Counted from the stretch's first letter, positions 33,257 to 44,708 are shown. The stretch is DNA of 64,000 bases from an uncultured Heliobacteriaceae bacterium (GCA_964468345.1 CAYXVZ010000018.1:28277-92276); one strand, 5' to 3'. Translations and numbers: made by a program. The notes: a model not told the origin generated them from the letters alone.

Positions 33257-33853
33257 TTACTGGCATGTCCCATTCAACAGCGCTAAAACATTCCCCAGCG
33301 CCGTCATATCGGCATCGCGCTCTTCCGAATCCGCGGAGGTTCCCGCCACGTCGCAGAGCGTGAAGAGTTCCTGCAGCGAGGTATTCGGCGTAAGCATCGC
33401 GCCGGTGGAGAGCTTGATCGGCTGGAAATTCAACCCGTAACAACCGATCGGGCTTTTCGTAATGCTGTGCACCGAGAGCAGCGGGACCAGCGCCATGGTC
33501 AATTGCGCAGTCACATATTGTTGATTGAACCACGCAAGCGGCGAGTAACTATATCGCAGGGAATTCGCGCGCAGGGCGAAGAGAATCGGTCCCGGCTGGG
33601 AGACGCAATCGACCGGGTGATTGAGATTCACGCCGCTGATAAAGATATCGCGCGGAAAAAAGCGCAGCCGTTTGTAATTGACGAGATAATATTGCGAAGA
33701 CCGAAAGCATAATCCCAGCCGGCAGCTTTCGACTCCCGTACCCTCGGGAGGATCCTCTGATTGCGCCAGCGCAATCGCGGGGGCGAAAAACAGAAACAGC
33801 GCGCAAAGAGCAAGACCTGGCAAACACCGGCGTCGCATGGATTCGATTCTCAT
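33257..33853 (-). CDS. secreted hypothetical protein
   Basis: Start at Met 33853 (AAGGAAAG RBS), giving the signal peptide MRIESMRRRCLPGLALCALFLFFAPAIALAQ. The longer ORF-track start is unsupported. Confidence 0.6.
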   Translation of the reverse strand: MRIESMRRRCLPGLALCALFLFFAPAIALAQSEDPPEGTGVESCRLGLCFRSSQYYLVNYKRLRFFPRDIFISGVNLNHPVDCVSQPGPILFALRANSLRYSYSPLAWFNQQYVTAQLTMALVPLLSVHSITKSPIGCYGLNFQPIKLSTGAMLTPNTSLQELFTLCDVAGTSADSEERDADMTALGNVLALLNGTCQ

Positions 33854-34276
33854 TGTATCTTTCCTTGATTGAACCGAGATGTGGTTGATGTTGACTGAGA
33901 TGCAGTAATACCTCTTGCCCACCCAGCCTTCCGTGACAGGCCAAAGCGCCCTGCCCGGAAATCCAGTTCCAACGAAACATTGATCGAAGCCGATGCCTTG
34001 CTTCAACCGAGGGAATCATGCAGGTCCTGCGCCTGCTCTTGTTGAAGTCATAGCGCGCTGGGGATTCATCTCGACCTGCTAATGTCGCGGCATACTAGGG
34101 ATGTGCGTGTCGAGTGTCAATCGGGAGATTGCGCGAATCGTGGGAATTAATGGGACACGGTTTTATGAGATCAACCTTGCCGGCGAAATCCAAAACAGAA
34201 GGACGCGAAGAACGCCTTTGCAAACGCGTGATGGCTGAAAGAAGTCAGGCGAGTTTAAACACGCGCTGGACGAAAA

Positions 34277-34302
34277 CCTCTCGCTCCGATCGGAGCGAGA
34301 GG
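34277..34302. repeat. 26-bp perfect palindrome CCTCTCGCTCCGA|TCGGAGCGAGAGG
   Basis: Upstream of the flotillin terminator. Confidence 0.6.
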
Positions 34303-34325
34303 TCAAATCGAGATTGAAAGAAAGA

Positions 34326-34369
34326 GTGGCAAAGAAAAAGGCCGCCTCGATGGATTGATCGAAGCGGCC
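34326..34369 (-). terminator. rho-independent terminator of the flotillin gene (GGCCGCTTCGAT stem, U-tract on the minus strand)
   Basis: 12-bp stem with 1 mismatch, 6-nt loop, A-run 34326-34339 on the plus strand. Confidence 0.7.
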
Positions 34370-34392
34370 TATGAATTGATAAACGGGACGAA

Positions 34393-36594
34393 TTACTTCG
34401 TGATGCCGTTTTTATAGGGTTCGCGCGCCGGATCGAGTTTCATCTGGTCGCGAAACAGATTGAGCAGCAACAGCGTGCCCAGATTTCCGGCATTGTCCGA
34501 ACTGCCGCCGCCCGAAGCCATCACGTCCGGCGTGATGCGAACGCCTTTCTCGCCGATGACCTTGAGGGTTTCAACGAGGGCGACGCCCTGCGCGCCGAGC
34601 GCATTGACCTGTTCGCGATAGGCGACGCCCTGCGCTTCACCCATCAGGCGGACCTTCTCGGCTTCCGCGCGGCCCGTTTGCAGGATGTAGGCAGATTCGC
34701 CTTCCGCCTCGGATTTGCGCTGTTCGGCGCGGCGGCTGGAGATTTCGACGCCGACGGTGGCCGCCATCAGATCGCGCTGATTGTCGGCATGCGCCTTGGT
34801 CTTTTCCAGCTCGATGCGCTTGGTTTCGGCTTCGCGCTGCGCGTTGAACATGGTCTGGCGCTGTTCGGCCAGGATCTTTTCCGTCTGCGTTTTCATCAAT
34901 TCCTCTGGCAGGCGGATGTGGCAGATCAGCACGTTGACCACATCGACATGATATTTGAGCAGGTGCGTGCGAACGCGGGCTTCGGCGCGTTCCTGTTCTT
35001 CATGCCGGTTCTGCAGATACGCCATCGCGGACGACTCAGACGCCTGGTTGCGGAAGATCGAGTCGATCAACGGGTGCATCACGTTTTGAATCAGCCGGTC
35101 GATCGAACCGATCTTGGCGACCATAAACGGCGCGTCTTCGGGCTTCACGCGGAAGACTACGCGAACTTCGAGGCGCATCGTGAAGCCGTCCTTCGAAATC
35201 ACTTCGAAAGGATCGAAAGAGCCGTTGATCTGCTCCGCGGTCCATTCGACCGTCTGATTCGTGGTCAGAATCACGACCGGCGTGACCGCCAGCGTGTTGA
35301 CGTAATAGCGGCCCGGGCCGACAACCGTTTCCTGAATGCCGCGATATCCTTCGGGCACGACATAGGCTTCGTGCGCTCCCTGATCCAGCCGCATATCGGC
35401 CGGGTCGGCGAGCTTCAATTCCTCTTCGATCTCGATGATGTTGTCGCCTTCCTGCCCATCGAGCCGATCGAGGTGCGCGGCCGCCAGCGCGAGCTGTTCG
35501 CGCTCTTCGCGTTCGAGTTTTTCGCGAACCTTGCTTGCCATCGCGCGGCGAATGTCTTCCGTGGGATCCTTGCCCACGTTCGAGACGATGACCGCGACTT
35601 CGCCCGGCCTGACCTCTTTGGCATTTTCAGGAATGACCTTGAACTGCATCGGATTGATGTAATAGATGCCGGGCAGCAACAGATCTTTTTGCGGGCCGCG
35701 CTGGCCGCCGCGCTTGATGAATTCGTCGCCGTTCTGAAAGTTGTTATGGCCTTCGACCGGACGCGACACATAGTCGCGCGGGTTGAGCGGTTCGCCGTCG
35801 AGCGCTTCCACCAAACCGACCTGATTCTCATTGATCACCGTCGCGCCCGCGATCTGAATCGTGAACAGGCCGGTTTTGACGGTGTTGTCTTCGATCGAAA
35901 TCGAATTGGTCAGGATGCGGTACGTGCCGGGCGTCAGGATCTCGACCTGCGGCCCTCTTTGTCCGCCCGAAGCGATAAACTGCTCGGCATCCTGAAAGTT
36001 TCGATGCCCCGTCGTCGCCTTGCCGAGCAAACGGCCGGCATCGAGCGAGACGCCGTCCGCCGCCGTCACGATTCCCACGCCGCCCTGCGGAATCACCGTC
36101 GATTTCGCAATCGAAACGCGAAACAGATAGGGGTGAATCGGCCACAGTCCCGGCGGCAGGGTGCGCATCTGAATGCCCTTCACGCCTCCCTGTTTGATGA
36201 ATGCAATCGGGTCCTGAAAGTTGTTGTGCGCATTCTGCGCGCGGTCTGGCGCGAAGATGCGGCCGGCGGGCAGGGGCTCGCCGTCGATGGCTTCCACAAC
36301 ACCCATCTCATCGGCGCCGATTTCGATCAACGGCACCTTTTTGACAATGCTTTCAAAGGGCCATTTGATGAAATGAAGGCCCGGCTTCAAGACATCGGCC
36401 TGAATGCCGACTTCGCCCTCGGTCGCAACCACGCGGCCCGGCGGCATTTTCGCGCCGATATAGCGGCGCTCCTTGATCGAAATTTCGCGCGCGCCTACGT
36501 TGACCAGAAAGCAACGCAATATTGCAATCAACGCGATTACCCCTACACCGACTGCGCCCAGAATGAGCGGGAGAGGCAAATTAAGGCTATCCAT
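34393..36594 (-). CDS. SPFH/band-7 flotillin-family protein (YqiK/FloT-like) with an inserted triple ~95-aa repeat
   Basis: N-terminal TM, SPFH domain and C-terminal EA-rich coiled coil (AEAEKVRLMGEAQ). Start at Met 36594. Confidence 0.85.
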   Translation of the reverse strand: MDSLNLPLPLILGAVGVGVIALIAILRCFLVNVGAREISIKERRYIGAKMPPGRVVATEGEVGIQADVLKPGLHFIKWPFESIVKKVPLIEIGADEMGVVEAIDGEPLPAGRIFAPDRAQNAHNNFQDPIAFIKQGGVKGIQMRTLPPGLWPIHPYLFRVSIAKSTVIPQGGVGIVTAADGVSLDAGRLLGKATTGHRNFQDAEQFIASGGQRGPQVEILTPGTYRILTNSISIEDNTVKTGLFTIQIAGATVINENQVGLVEALDGEPLNPRDYVSRPVEGHNNFQNGDEFIKRGGQRGPQKDLLLPGIYYINPMQFKVIPENAKEVRPGEVAVIVSNVGKDPTEDIRRAMASKVREKLEREEREQLALAAAHLDRLDGQEGDNIIEIEEELKLADPADMRLDQGAHEAYVVPEGYRGIQETVVGPGRYYVNTLAVTPVVILTTNQTVEWTAEQINGSFDPFEVISKDGFTMRLEVRVVFRVKPEDAPFMVAKIGSIDRLIQNVMHPLIDSIFRNQASESSAMAYLQNRHEEQERAEARVRTHLLKYHVDVVNVLICHIRLPEELMKTQTEKILAEQRQTMFNAQREAETKRIELEKTKAHADNQRDLMAATVGVEISSRRAEQRKSEAEGESAYILQTGRAEAEKVRLMGEAQGVAYREQVNALGAQGVALVETLKVIGEKGVRITPDVMASGGGSSDNAGNLGTLLLLNLFRDQMKLDPAREPYKNGITK

Positions 36595-36637
36595 ACATTT
36601 CCTGTTCTGCTGGCTGAAAAGGGGTTTGGCACCACCA

Positions 36638-37336
36638 TCAGGCTGAAAGTCGCGTTCCCACCGCCAGCTCGCGGCGAACGTCGGCAACCAGTCGTTTTAA
36701 AAGAAATCCGGTTCCTGAATAGCGAACTTCCGGGGACAGCAACCAATAGGCGTGTTCGATAATGGTCAGAAAATCCCGCGCATTCGTCCGCACGATCCGG
36801 CCGGAACGATACCCTGTCCGCGCCAGTTCGATCGCGCGCTCGAACACCCTGGCATCGTCACTGAGCGCCGCCAGATAGACCAGATCGGCCAGTGTGCGTT
36901 GTTCGCATCGTCCCGGAAACTGATCGAGCATCCGGTTTGCAAACTCCGGCGTCGCGCGCAACGCGCCGCTATCGACGATGTATTCCATAATCGACTTGAG
37001 TACCTCAGCCTTTCCGCCGGCCGAGGCAATGTGCGCATCGAGAACTTCGTTATAAAGATCGCGTTCTCCGGCTGCATGCGCCTCGTCGAGACAGCTTTCA
37101 TCATTCGCCCAGGCGCGGGTAAGCAATTCCATGCGCAGCTCTTCCCGGCGGATCTCCGCTTCGGCTTTTCGCAATTCGGCGGCTTCCAGTTCGCGCTCTT
37201 CCGCGAAGAGGCCATCGAACTGCCGGGGTTCCTGGAATGAATAGGATTGGGATTGACCTTGTGGACGGCTGACCGATCGGACAATAAATATTGCCAGAAC
37301 GATAATAGGCAGAAGAATCAGAATCAATAAGCTCAT
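36638..37336 (-). CDS. membrane-anchored coiled-coil protein upstream of the flotillin gene (not NfeD-like)
   Basis: N-terminal TM (LLILILLPIIVLAIFIV), charged coiled coil, globular C-terminal domain. Located 43 nt upstream of the flotillin gene. Confidence 0.7.
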   Translation of the reverse strand: MSLLILILLPIIVLAIFIVRSVSRPQGQSQSYSFQEPRQFDGLFAEERELEAAELRKAEAEIRREELRMELLTRAWANDESCLDEAHAAGERDLYNEVLDAHIASAGGKAEVLKSIMEYIVDSGALRATPEFANRMLDQFPGRCEQRTLADLVYLAALSDDARVFERAIELARTGYRSGRIVRTNARDFLTIIEHAYWLLSPEVRYSGTGFLLKRLVADVRRELAVGTRLSA

Positions 37337-37539
37337 AGCAGTGCGCTGTCACAGGCTGGTTCTTGAATCGGGTGGTGCCTGAACAATGCGCCCTCTGAAA
37401 CTGTACCGCCGGCATTTATGTGGTATTTCAATCAAGGATGAAAGGTAAAACTGTTCTTTGATTGCGATTCAAACCGACCGTACGCACGGGAAAGAGAGGC
37501 TTTGAAGAGGGCGGGTTTATATGAAATTTACGGCGCAGA

Positions 37540-37570
37540 GGCGTCCGGCGTCCGGCGTCCGGCGTCTGGA
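37540..37570. repeat. tandem heptamer (GGCGTCC)x4
   Basis: In the divergent promoter region between the membrane protein and tlyA. Confidence 0.8.
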
Positions 37571-37685
37571 GTCAAAAACAGACAAGAAGATCAATTTTCT
37601 GTTAAGTGACGAAGTGAAGTCGGGGGCAAACTTGGCTTCAAGGACTCCAGAGTCCGGACTCTTCTTTGCTATACTCCGCCAACGT

Positions 37686-38429
37686 ATGAAACCGACAAGC
37701 AAGAAGGAACGGCTGGATAAACTGCTGGTGCTGCGCGGGTTGGCCGATACCCGGGCAAAGGCGCAGTCGTTGATTCTGGCGGGGCAGGTCTTCAGCGGCG
37801 AGCAGCGCCTGGACAAGGCCGGGCATCTGGTGGCGATCGAAGCTCCGCTGAGCGTGAAGGAGACGATGCCCTATGTCGGCCGGGGCGGGTTGAAACTTGC
37901 CCGCGCCATCGAATTTTTCGGGTTGGATATAAAGGGAAAGCGATGCCTGGACATTGGCGCCTCGACGGGCGGATTCACGGATTGTTTGTTGCAACACGGG
38001 GCGGAGCGCGTCGCCGCCGTCGATGTGGGCCATGGCCAGTTGGACTGGAAGCTTCGTCAGGATCCGCGCGTTGAAGTTCGCGAAAACGTCAATGCGCGCT
38101 ATCTCTCAAAAGAGGATTTCCCCGAGGCCTTCGACGTCATTGTCACCGATGTCTCCTTCATCTCCCTGACCAAGATCCTGCCGGTGATTCCGCCGCTGGC
38201 AGCCCGTCCCGCCATCGTTGTCGCCCTGATCAAACCCCAGTTTGAAGTCGGCCGCGAAGAAGTCGGCCGCGGCGGCATCGTTCGCGACGAGCAGGCGCAA
38301 TTGCGCGTTGTGGAAGAGATAAAAAACTTTGCGGAAGGCTTGCGGCTGCGCACGCGCGGCGTGACCGACTCTCCGATTCTCGGCGCCGATGGGAACCGCG
38401 AGTTTCTGGCCTGCTTCGAGATTGATTGA
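37686..38429 (+). CDS. tlyA: TlyA-family rRNA 2'-O-methyltransferase (S4 domain plus FtsJ-like MTase)
   Basis: S4 domain (LDKLLVLRGLADTRAKAQSLILAGQV). SAM motif (RCLDIGASTGGFTDCLL). Start at ATG 37686. Confidence 0.85.
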   Translation: MKPTSKKERLDKLLVLRGLADTRAKAQSLILAGQVFSGEQRLDKAGHLVAIEAPLSVKETMPYVGRGGLKLARAIEFFGLDIKGKRCLDIGASTGGFTDCLLQHGAERVAAVDVGHGQLDWKLRQDPRVEVRENVNARYLSKEDFPEAFDVIVTDVSFISLTKILPVIPPLAARPAIVVALIKPQFEVGREEVGRGGIVRDEQAQLRVVEEIKNFAEGLRLRTRGVTDSPILGADGNREFLACFEID

Positions 38430-38505
38430 TTTACATCTTAATTTTGCGATGAATTCATGCGAAAGTGCTTCTTTGTAATTCTGACGGAGAACCTACACCA
38501 CATGT

Positions 38506-39480
<975 letters not shown>

Positions 39481-39529
39481 TGCAATAACTATCCTCAAGA
39501 TCTTTTTGTGTTTATAGAGGCCTGAGATT

Positions 39530-39607
39530 GCGGACAGGAAAGGGAACGACAAGAAAATGTTTTCTGCGGGCTGTTTCTATGTTCTTGTCGTTCCTTTTCC
39601 TGTCCGC
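39530..39607. repeat. perfect 26-bp-stem hairpin GCGGACAGGAAAGGGAACGACAAGAA
   Basis: Arms 39530-39555 and 39582-39607, downstream of the outer-membrane protein gene. Confidence 0.85.
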
Positions 39608-39644
39608 TGCCTGAATAATTTCATACGATCATCCGGAAATCGAT

Positions 39645-42593
39645 CTAAAACAAAATCCGCATGCCGAGTTGCATCACGCGGCCGCCCGTGGAGCCGATGA
39701 TTTTCCCGGCATTGAGATTGGGACTGGAGGCGGGGCCGATGCGCGTGTCCGGATCGTTCCAGTTCGCGTGATTCGGGAAGTTGAATGCCTCGGTGACGAA
39801 CTCCAGCGACGTGTCGGCATTCAATTCGACCCGTTTGGTCACGGACAGATGGTGAAACTGTTCGCCGGGCGCGCGCAGATCCGGATGCGTTCGCGGCCCG
39901 TTGCCGAGCGTGAAATCATCCGGCTGCGCAAAAGCGTCGGGATTGAACCAGCGGTCCGGGTTCGGGTCTTCGACCTTGGGATCGACGCCGGAGACGACAT
40001 TCGCGCGGAGGTTGCCTACGAGCCCGCCCGATCGATTGAACAAGGGCCGGATGCTGAGCGGCGTGCCGCCCGCCAGCGTCGTCAATCCGCTGATGCTCCA
40101 ACCGCCGAAGGAACTGGCCAGAATCCCGCCGTCGCGAAACAGCTTTTTGCCTTTTCCGAAGGGCAATTCAAAGGTGTAGCTCAACTGAAAGCTGTGCTTC
40201 ACATCGCCGGTCGAGAGCGACCATTCGGCCTGCCGGTTGTACGGATCCTGCGGCGTTCCCGAGGAATAGTTATCCATCTGCTTGCCGAATCGGTAACTGG
40301 CGCGGCCAAAAAATCCGCCCAGCAGCCGCTGATCCACCGTCACGGTCAGGAAATGGGCCTCATAGTCGCCGCCCGGAAAGAGGCCGCCGACGTCAAAGGT
40401 CCGATATTGCGGATAGGGCCGCAGCGAATTGCGAAAACTGTCGTCATACAACTGCTCGCCATACTGCAAGGCCGAAAGCGGCACCGCGTTCAGGCGAACC
40501 GCGCCATCGACAAATTGATGCGTGACTTTTGTGCCGGTGTATCGCGCTTCGACGGCAAGAGCGCGAGGCAATTCGCGCTGCAGGCTGGCGGTCCACGTCT
40601 GGTTCGCCGGCAACTGCCCGGATGTGTCGAAATAATCGGGCTCGATTCCATTCACCGCGGCGGGATCGAGATCGGGCGGCAGCGGGAAGTTTGTGGGCAC
40701 GCCTTGCCGCAATCGAAAGGCGGACTGCAGCTGCTCGTTCGGCGTAATGAAAATCGGCGAGGCATTGAAGCCCTGCGTCCCGAAATGCCGGCCGTACATC
40801 GGGACTTCTTCATAGCTCAGGCTGTAATTCATCCGCACCACGGTCTTCCGATCGTTCCATGGATTGATCGACAGGCCCAGCGAAGGTTCGAACCGTACCG
40901 TCGTGGGCTGCAACGCGCGGCCCACGCCATCGCGGCCCGCAAAGATCAATGCGCCGGGCTTTCCATTCACCGGATTGATGTGATCCAGCGACACCGTCGA
41001 TTGCCGGTCGTATTTCTCGGTTCGCGGCGAGGCCACCTCGACGCTGAGACTGAAGGTCGCCGTCAATCCCGGCCGCACGCGATATTCATCCGCGGCATTG
41101 AAGTCAAAAAAGTTCCGCCGGTAATACGATGGATGAACCACGATGCTTTCTTCGCCGCGCGTGACTTCGCCGAGCAGAAACTGCGCGAAGGAATTCCCGG
41201 TGTTTCGCACACCGGGCAGCCCCGTGAGCGCTCCGCCGAAATAAAAATATCCCGCCGGATAGGCCGGCCCATACGAATTGACATACCGGCGCTGCCCCAG
41301 GGCCGTATAGCGCCATGTATGATTCTTGCGGTTGATCGAAACGGATGCCGAGGCGGCGTAGGTATAGCTACGATCGCGGATTCCCGCCGCCTGCGGTCCG
41401 ATGCTCAGAAAATTGTTGCTGAACAAAACCCGGGGAAAATACTTCGAGAAAATTCCCTTCAGGCCAAGCGCCCGGGGATGATCCGTGGCGTCTTCATTAT
41501 TGAGTTGCGTCGTCGTCCCCACGGAAGCCGAGGCGCGAATCGTCCAGACAATATTCGGCGTTGCCGTGTAATTATCCTGAAAACTCAGGCTCCCGCTTTG
41601 AAAGTCATAGCTGGGCGCGCCCGAATTCGCCGGCCCGGGAAAGTATTCCGGCGATTTGCGCTGCCCGTCCGAGAAATTGAAATTGAAACTGACCTGCTGC
41701 TTGCTCGAAACCGTATGGTCCAGCTTCGCGATCATGCCGTCCGCCTGATTTTCAAACGGCGAGTTGATCCAGTAATTGTTCTGTAAAAACGGGCCGACCG
41801 CGGTATTCGGTTTGGCATAAAGCGATGTAATGGCCCGCGCGACCGGATCGAGCCTGTTTTCAGGAATCTTGTTGCCGGGGAAAGGATCGCGCAGGTATTG
41901 CAGGTTCTCTGCAGACACCGGCTGGGACGGATCGTATGCCGGATTGGGCCGCGTGGTTGTCGGATCGTAGATCTTCACCGGGTTGCCGGCGCTGTCGACC
42001 AGATCGGAAAAATCGCCGGCCTGCTGGCGCAACGTCGGGATCGTGAACAGAGCAGATTGCGCGATTCGCTCGCGCGTGCCCTCGAACGAAGCCGAGAAAA
42101 AGGTTTTTCCCCGGCCGTCATAGACTTTGGGCAGAACCACCGGCCCGCTCAAACTGAAGCCGTATTGATTGCGCCGCAACAGGGACTTTGTCCCGCCGCG
42201 CTGCCGAACCTGATGCGGAATGGCGTCGAGAAAATCATTCCGGAAGTTTTCATAGATTCTTCCGGTCAGGCTGTTCTGCCGCCCGCCCGTCTTAATCTTG
42301 CTCAGCGATTTGCCCGCATTGCCTCCAGAGCCCATTTGGATGCGGAATTCATTGAGCGCCTTTTGCAATTCGCTCGGGCCACGAGGCGTCGGCGTCGGCG
42401 TCGGTTTTCGATTGGCAGGCGTTGCCGCCGGTTTTGGCCCCTGCGTCTCTGCCGGCGCGGACTTATCATCGCCGACAAGAGAATTTTGCTGTCCCTGCGC
42501 GCCCTGCACCGTATGCAGAAACACCCCAAGGACGAACAGGCCAAGCAGGCCTCGGAACCGATAGCGATTGAGGGAGAAAAATTCTGATTTCAT
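39645..42593 (-). CDS. TonB-dependent-receptor-like outer membrane beta-barrel protein (Acidobacteria-type, ~980 aa)
   Basis: Signal peptide. Plug-like N-region. Long beta-strand-rich body ending in a C-terminal aromatic residue (...LGMRILF). Confidence 0.8.
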   Translation of the reverse strand: MKSEFFSLNRYRFRGLLGLFVLGVFLHTVQGAQGQQNSLVGDDKSAPAETQGPKPAATPANRKPTPTPTPRGPSELQKALNEFRIQMGSGGNAGKSLSKIKTGGRQNSLTGRIYENFRNDFLDAIPHQVRQRGGTKSLLRRNQYGFSLSGPVVLPKVYDGRGKTFFSASFEGTRERIAQSALFTIPTLRQQAGDFSDLVDSAGNPVKIYDPTTTRPNPAYDPSQPVSAENLQYLRDPFPGNKIPENRLDPVARAITSLYAKPNTAVGPFLQNNYWINSPFENQADGMIAKLDHTVSSKQQVSFNFNFSDGQRKSPEYFPGPANSGAPSYDFQSGSLSFQDNYTATPNIVWTIRASASVGTTTQLNNEDATDHPRALGLKGIFSKYFPRVLFSNNFLSIGPQAAGIRDRSYTYAASASVSINRKNHTWRYTALGQRRYVNSYGPAYPAGYFYFGGALTGLPGVRNTGNSFAQFLLGEVTRGEESIVVHPSYYRRNFFDFNAADEYRVRPGLTATFSLSVEVASPRTEKYDRQSTVSLDHINPVNGKPGALIFAGRDGVGRALQPTTVRFEPSLGLSINPWNDRKTVVRMNYSLSYEEVPMYGRHFGTQGFNASPIFITPNEQLQSAFRLRQGVPTNFPLPPDLDPAAVNGIEPDYFDTSGQLPANQTWTASLQRELPRALAVEARYTGTKVTHQFVDGAVRLNAVPLSALQYGEQLYDDSFRNSLRPYPQYRTFDVGGLFPGGDYEAHFLTVTVDQRLLGGFFGRASYRFGKQMDNYSSGTPQDPYNRQAEWSLSTGDVKHSFQLSYTFELPFGKGKKLFRDGGILASSFGGWSISGLTTLAGGTPLSIRPLFNRSGGLVGNLRANVVSGVDPKVEDPNPDRWFNPDAFAQPDDFTLGNGPRTHPDLRAPGEQFHHLSVTKRVELNADTSLEFVTEAFNFPNHANWNDPDTRIGPASSPNLNAGKIIGSTGGRVMQLGMRILF

Positions 42594-42837
42594 CAGCTAG
42601 CCAGCTCTCGGATGTTCTCTCCGATTTGATTGGTGAAACAACGACTTCAAGTTGTACAGTTTAGCGACCGCTCAAAAAGCATTTACGTGCCTGGTAATGC
42701 AAAGGATACGATAATTTTTTCCCTCATCTTCCCTACCTTGTCAACCTCTCAGCGGCGCATTATCCTTGCGCTCGATTTCTGGCATCATCGCAACTCTCTT
42801 TATTCTTTGCGTACTGCTCAATCAAGAATGGTAAAAA

Positions 42838-42930
42838 CCACGAGGAAACGAAGAGCACGAAGATAGGAAAGAGGACAGCAGGACCTGTCGATGCGCCTAT
42901 CTTCGTGCTCTTCGCTTCTTCGCGGTAAAA
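42838..42930. repeat. family-A hairpin with a 32-nt loop
   Basis: CCACGAGGAAACGAAGAGCACGAAGATAGG / CCTATCTTCGTGCTCTTCGCTTCTTCGCGG, in a divergent (promoter-side) region. Confidence 0.85.
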
Positions 42931-43019
42931 GGCCTTCTCCCAACGTTAGTTGGTCCGTTTTCGATTTCGAACCTCAAAGTCCCGCAGTCATGTGGGCAGA
43001 TCTTTTTTCCGAGGACCTT

Positions 43020-44708
43020 ATGAGAATCTCTTTGCACCGCACGTTCCTAATCTTTCTGCTAGGCGTTTCGCTGCTCTCTTCTTCGCTGTCTCCAGTTCAG
43101 GCACAACAACGAACCCGAACCGGCAATCGCGCCGCCGCCAAAAAAGTTCGCCTGGTCGTGGGCATCGTCATCGATCAATTTCGCGCGGATTATCTGAACC
43201 GATTCGAAGACCAGTTCGTCGAAGGCGGATTCAAGCGGCTGGTTCGCGAGGGAGCGAATTTCACGAATGCGCATTACATTCACACGCCGACCTACACGGC
43301 CTGCGGGCATTCGACCTTTATGTCGGGCGCGACGCCCGCGCATTCGGGCATCATCGGGAATTCATGGTATGACCGCTCCAGCGGGAAAGTCGTCACCAGT
43401 GTCAGTGATGAAAAAGTGAAATTGCTCGGCGGTAAGGAAGGTCCCGGCATGTCGCCGCATCGCCTGCTCGGAACGACGGTTGGCGACGAACTGAAGCTCG
43501 CCACCGTCGGCAAATCGAAAGTCATCGGCATATCATCGAAAGACCGCTCGGCGATTCTGCCCGCGGGGAAAAAGCCGAACGGCGCGTACTGGTTCGATAG
43601 TTCCACCGGGAATTTCGTTTCGAGCACCTATTATTTCAACGACCTGCCGGAATGGGTGAAAACCTTCAACCGCGATCAGCATTGCAGCAAATCCTTCGGC
43701 CAGAAATGGGAGCGCCTGCTGCCCGAAGCGGCGTATGACCGATCGACGGCGGATGATATGCCGTACGAAAAGTCTGCGTACGGAACCCACTTTCCCTACA
43801 CGCTCAATGGAGGCGAGAGCAAACCCGGACCGAAATTCTTTTCCCAGTTCGATGCTTCTCCGTTCGGCAATGAACAATTGGTTCGTATGGCCAGGGCCGC
43901 TGTCGAAGCCGAACAGCTCGGAACGGATGATTACACGGACCTGCTGACGATCAGCTTTTCCGCCAACGATCTGGTCGGCCACGCGTTCGGGCCGTACAGC
44001 CAGGAAGTGCAGGACATCACGCTGCGCACCGATCGCATCATTGCGGATCTGCTCACCTATCTCGATCAGAAGATCGGCCTCGACCGCGTGATCGTGACGT
44101 TGACGGCGGATCATGGCGTCGCGCCCGTTCCCGAAATGGTGAAACCGATGGGCTATGGCGGCCGCGTCGAACCGCAGGCGCTGACGGAAGCCGTGCAGAG
44201 CAAACTCGCGGCGCAGTTCGGCGACGAAAAGTGGGTGCAGAGCTCCGTCAACGGAAATATTTATCTCGATGAAGCGATCGTCGAAAGGAAAAAGCTGAGC
44301 ATCGAAGAGGTCGAACGCGCCGCCGCCGAAGCCATTCTCAAAGTCCCCGGCATTGCTGATTGCTTCACGCGCTCGCAAATCTTGAGCGATCGCCTGCCGG
44401 ACACAATGATCGCCCAGAGCGTCGCGCGCGGCTTCCATCACGCCCGCAACGGGAACCTCGTCATTGTCCCGCAGCCCTTTTATTTCATCGGCGAAGGCGT
44501 GACCACCACGCACGGCACACCGTATGGCTACGACACGCACGTGCCGGTGCTCTTCTTCGGCGCAGGCGTCGCCGCCGGTCCGCAACTCGCGCCGGCCAGC
44601 CCCGCCGACATCGCGCCCACCCTGGCCGCCCTCCTGAAAATCACGGCCCCCAGCAACAGCGTCGGCCGGGTGTTGAGTGAAGCGTTAAAAGCAGGGGCGA
44701 GAGAGTAG
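43020..44708 (+). CDS. alkaline-phosphatase-superfamily phosphoesterase (PafA/ENPP-like), secreted
   Basis: Signal peptide (MRISLHRTFLIFLLGVSLLSSSLSPVQA). AP-core motifs (IVIDQFRADY, TPTYTACGHSTFMSG, DHG). Start at ATG 43020. Confidence 0.83.
   Translation: MRISLHRTFLIFLLGVSLLSSSLSPVQAQQRTRTGNRAAAKKVRLVVGIVIDQFRADYLNRFEDQFVEGGFKRLVREGANFTNAHYIHTPTYTACGHSTFMSGATPAHSGIIGNSWYDRSSGKVVTSVSDEKVKLLGGKEGPGMSPHRLLGTTVGDELKLATVGKSKVIGISSKDRSAILPAGKKPNGAYWFDSSTGNFVSSTYYFNDLPEWVKTFNRDQHCSKSFGQKWERLLPEAAYDRSTADDMPYEKSAYGTHFPYTLNGGESKPGPKFFSQFDASPFGNEQLVRMARAAVEAEQLGTDDYTDLLTISFSANDLVGHAFGPYSQEVQDITLRTDRIIADLLTYLDQKIGLDRVIVTLTADHGVAPVPEMVKPMGYGGRVEPQALTEAVQSKLAAQFGDEKWVQSSVNGNIYLDEAIVERKKLSIEEVERAAAEAILKVPGIADCFTRSQILSDRLPDTMIAQSVARGFHHARNGNLVIVPQPFYFIGEGVTTTHGTPYGYDTHVPVLFFGAGVAAGPQLAPASPADIAPTLAALLKITAPSNSVGRVLSEALKAGARE

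Noticed and set aside
34678-36762. 694-aa plus-strand ORF
   Set aside because: Antisense to the flotillin gene. Low-complexity, Arg/Gly/Asp-rich translation typical of GC-rich antisense frames.
39669-41786. 705-aa plus-strand ORF
   Set aside because: Antisense to the outer-membrane beta-barrel gene. No features.
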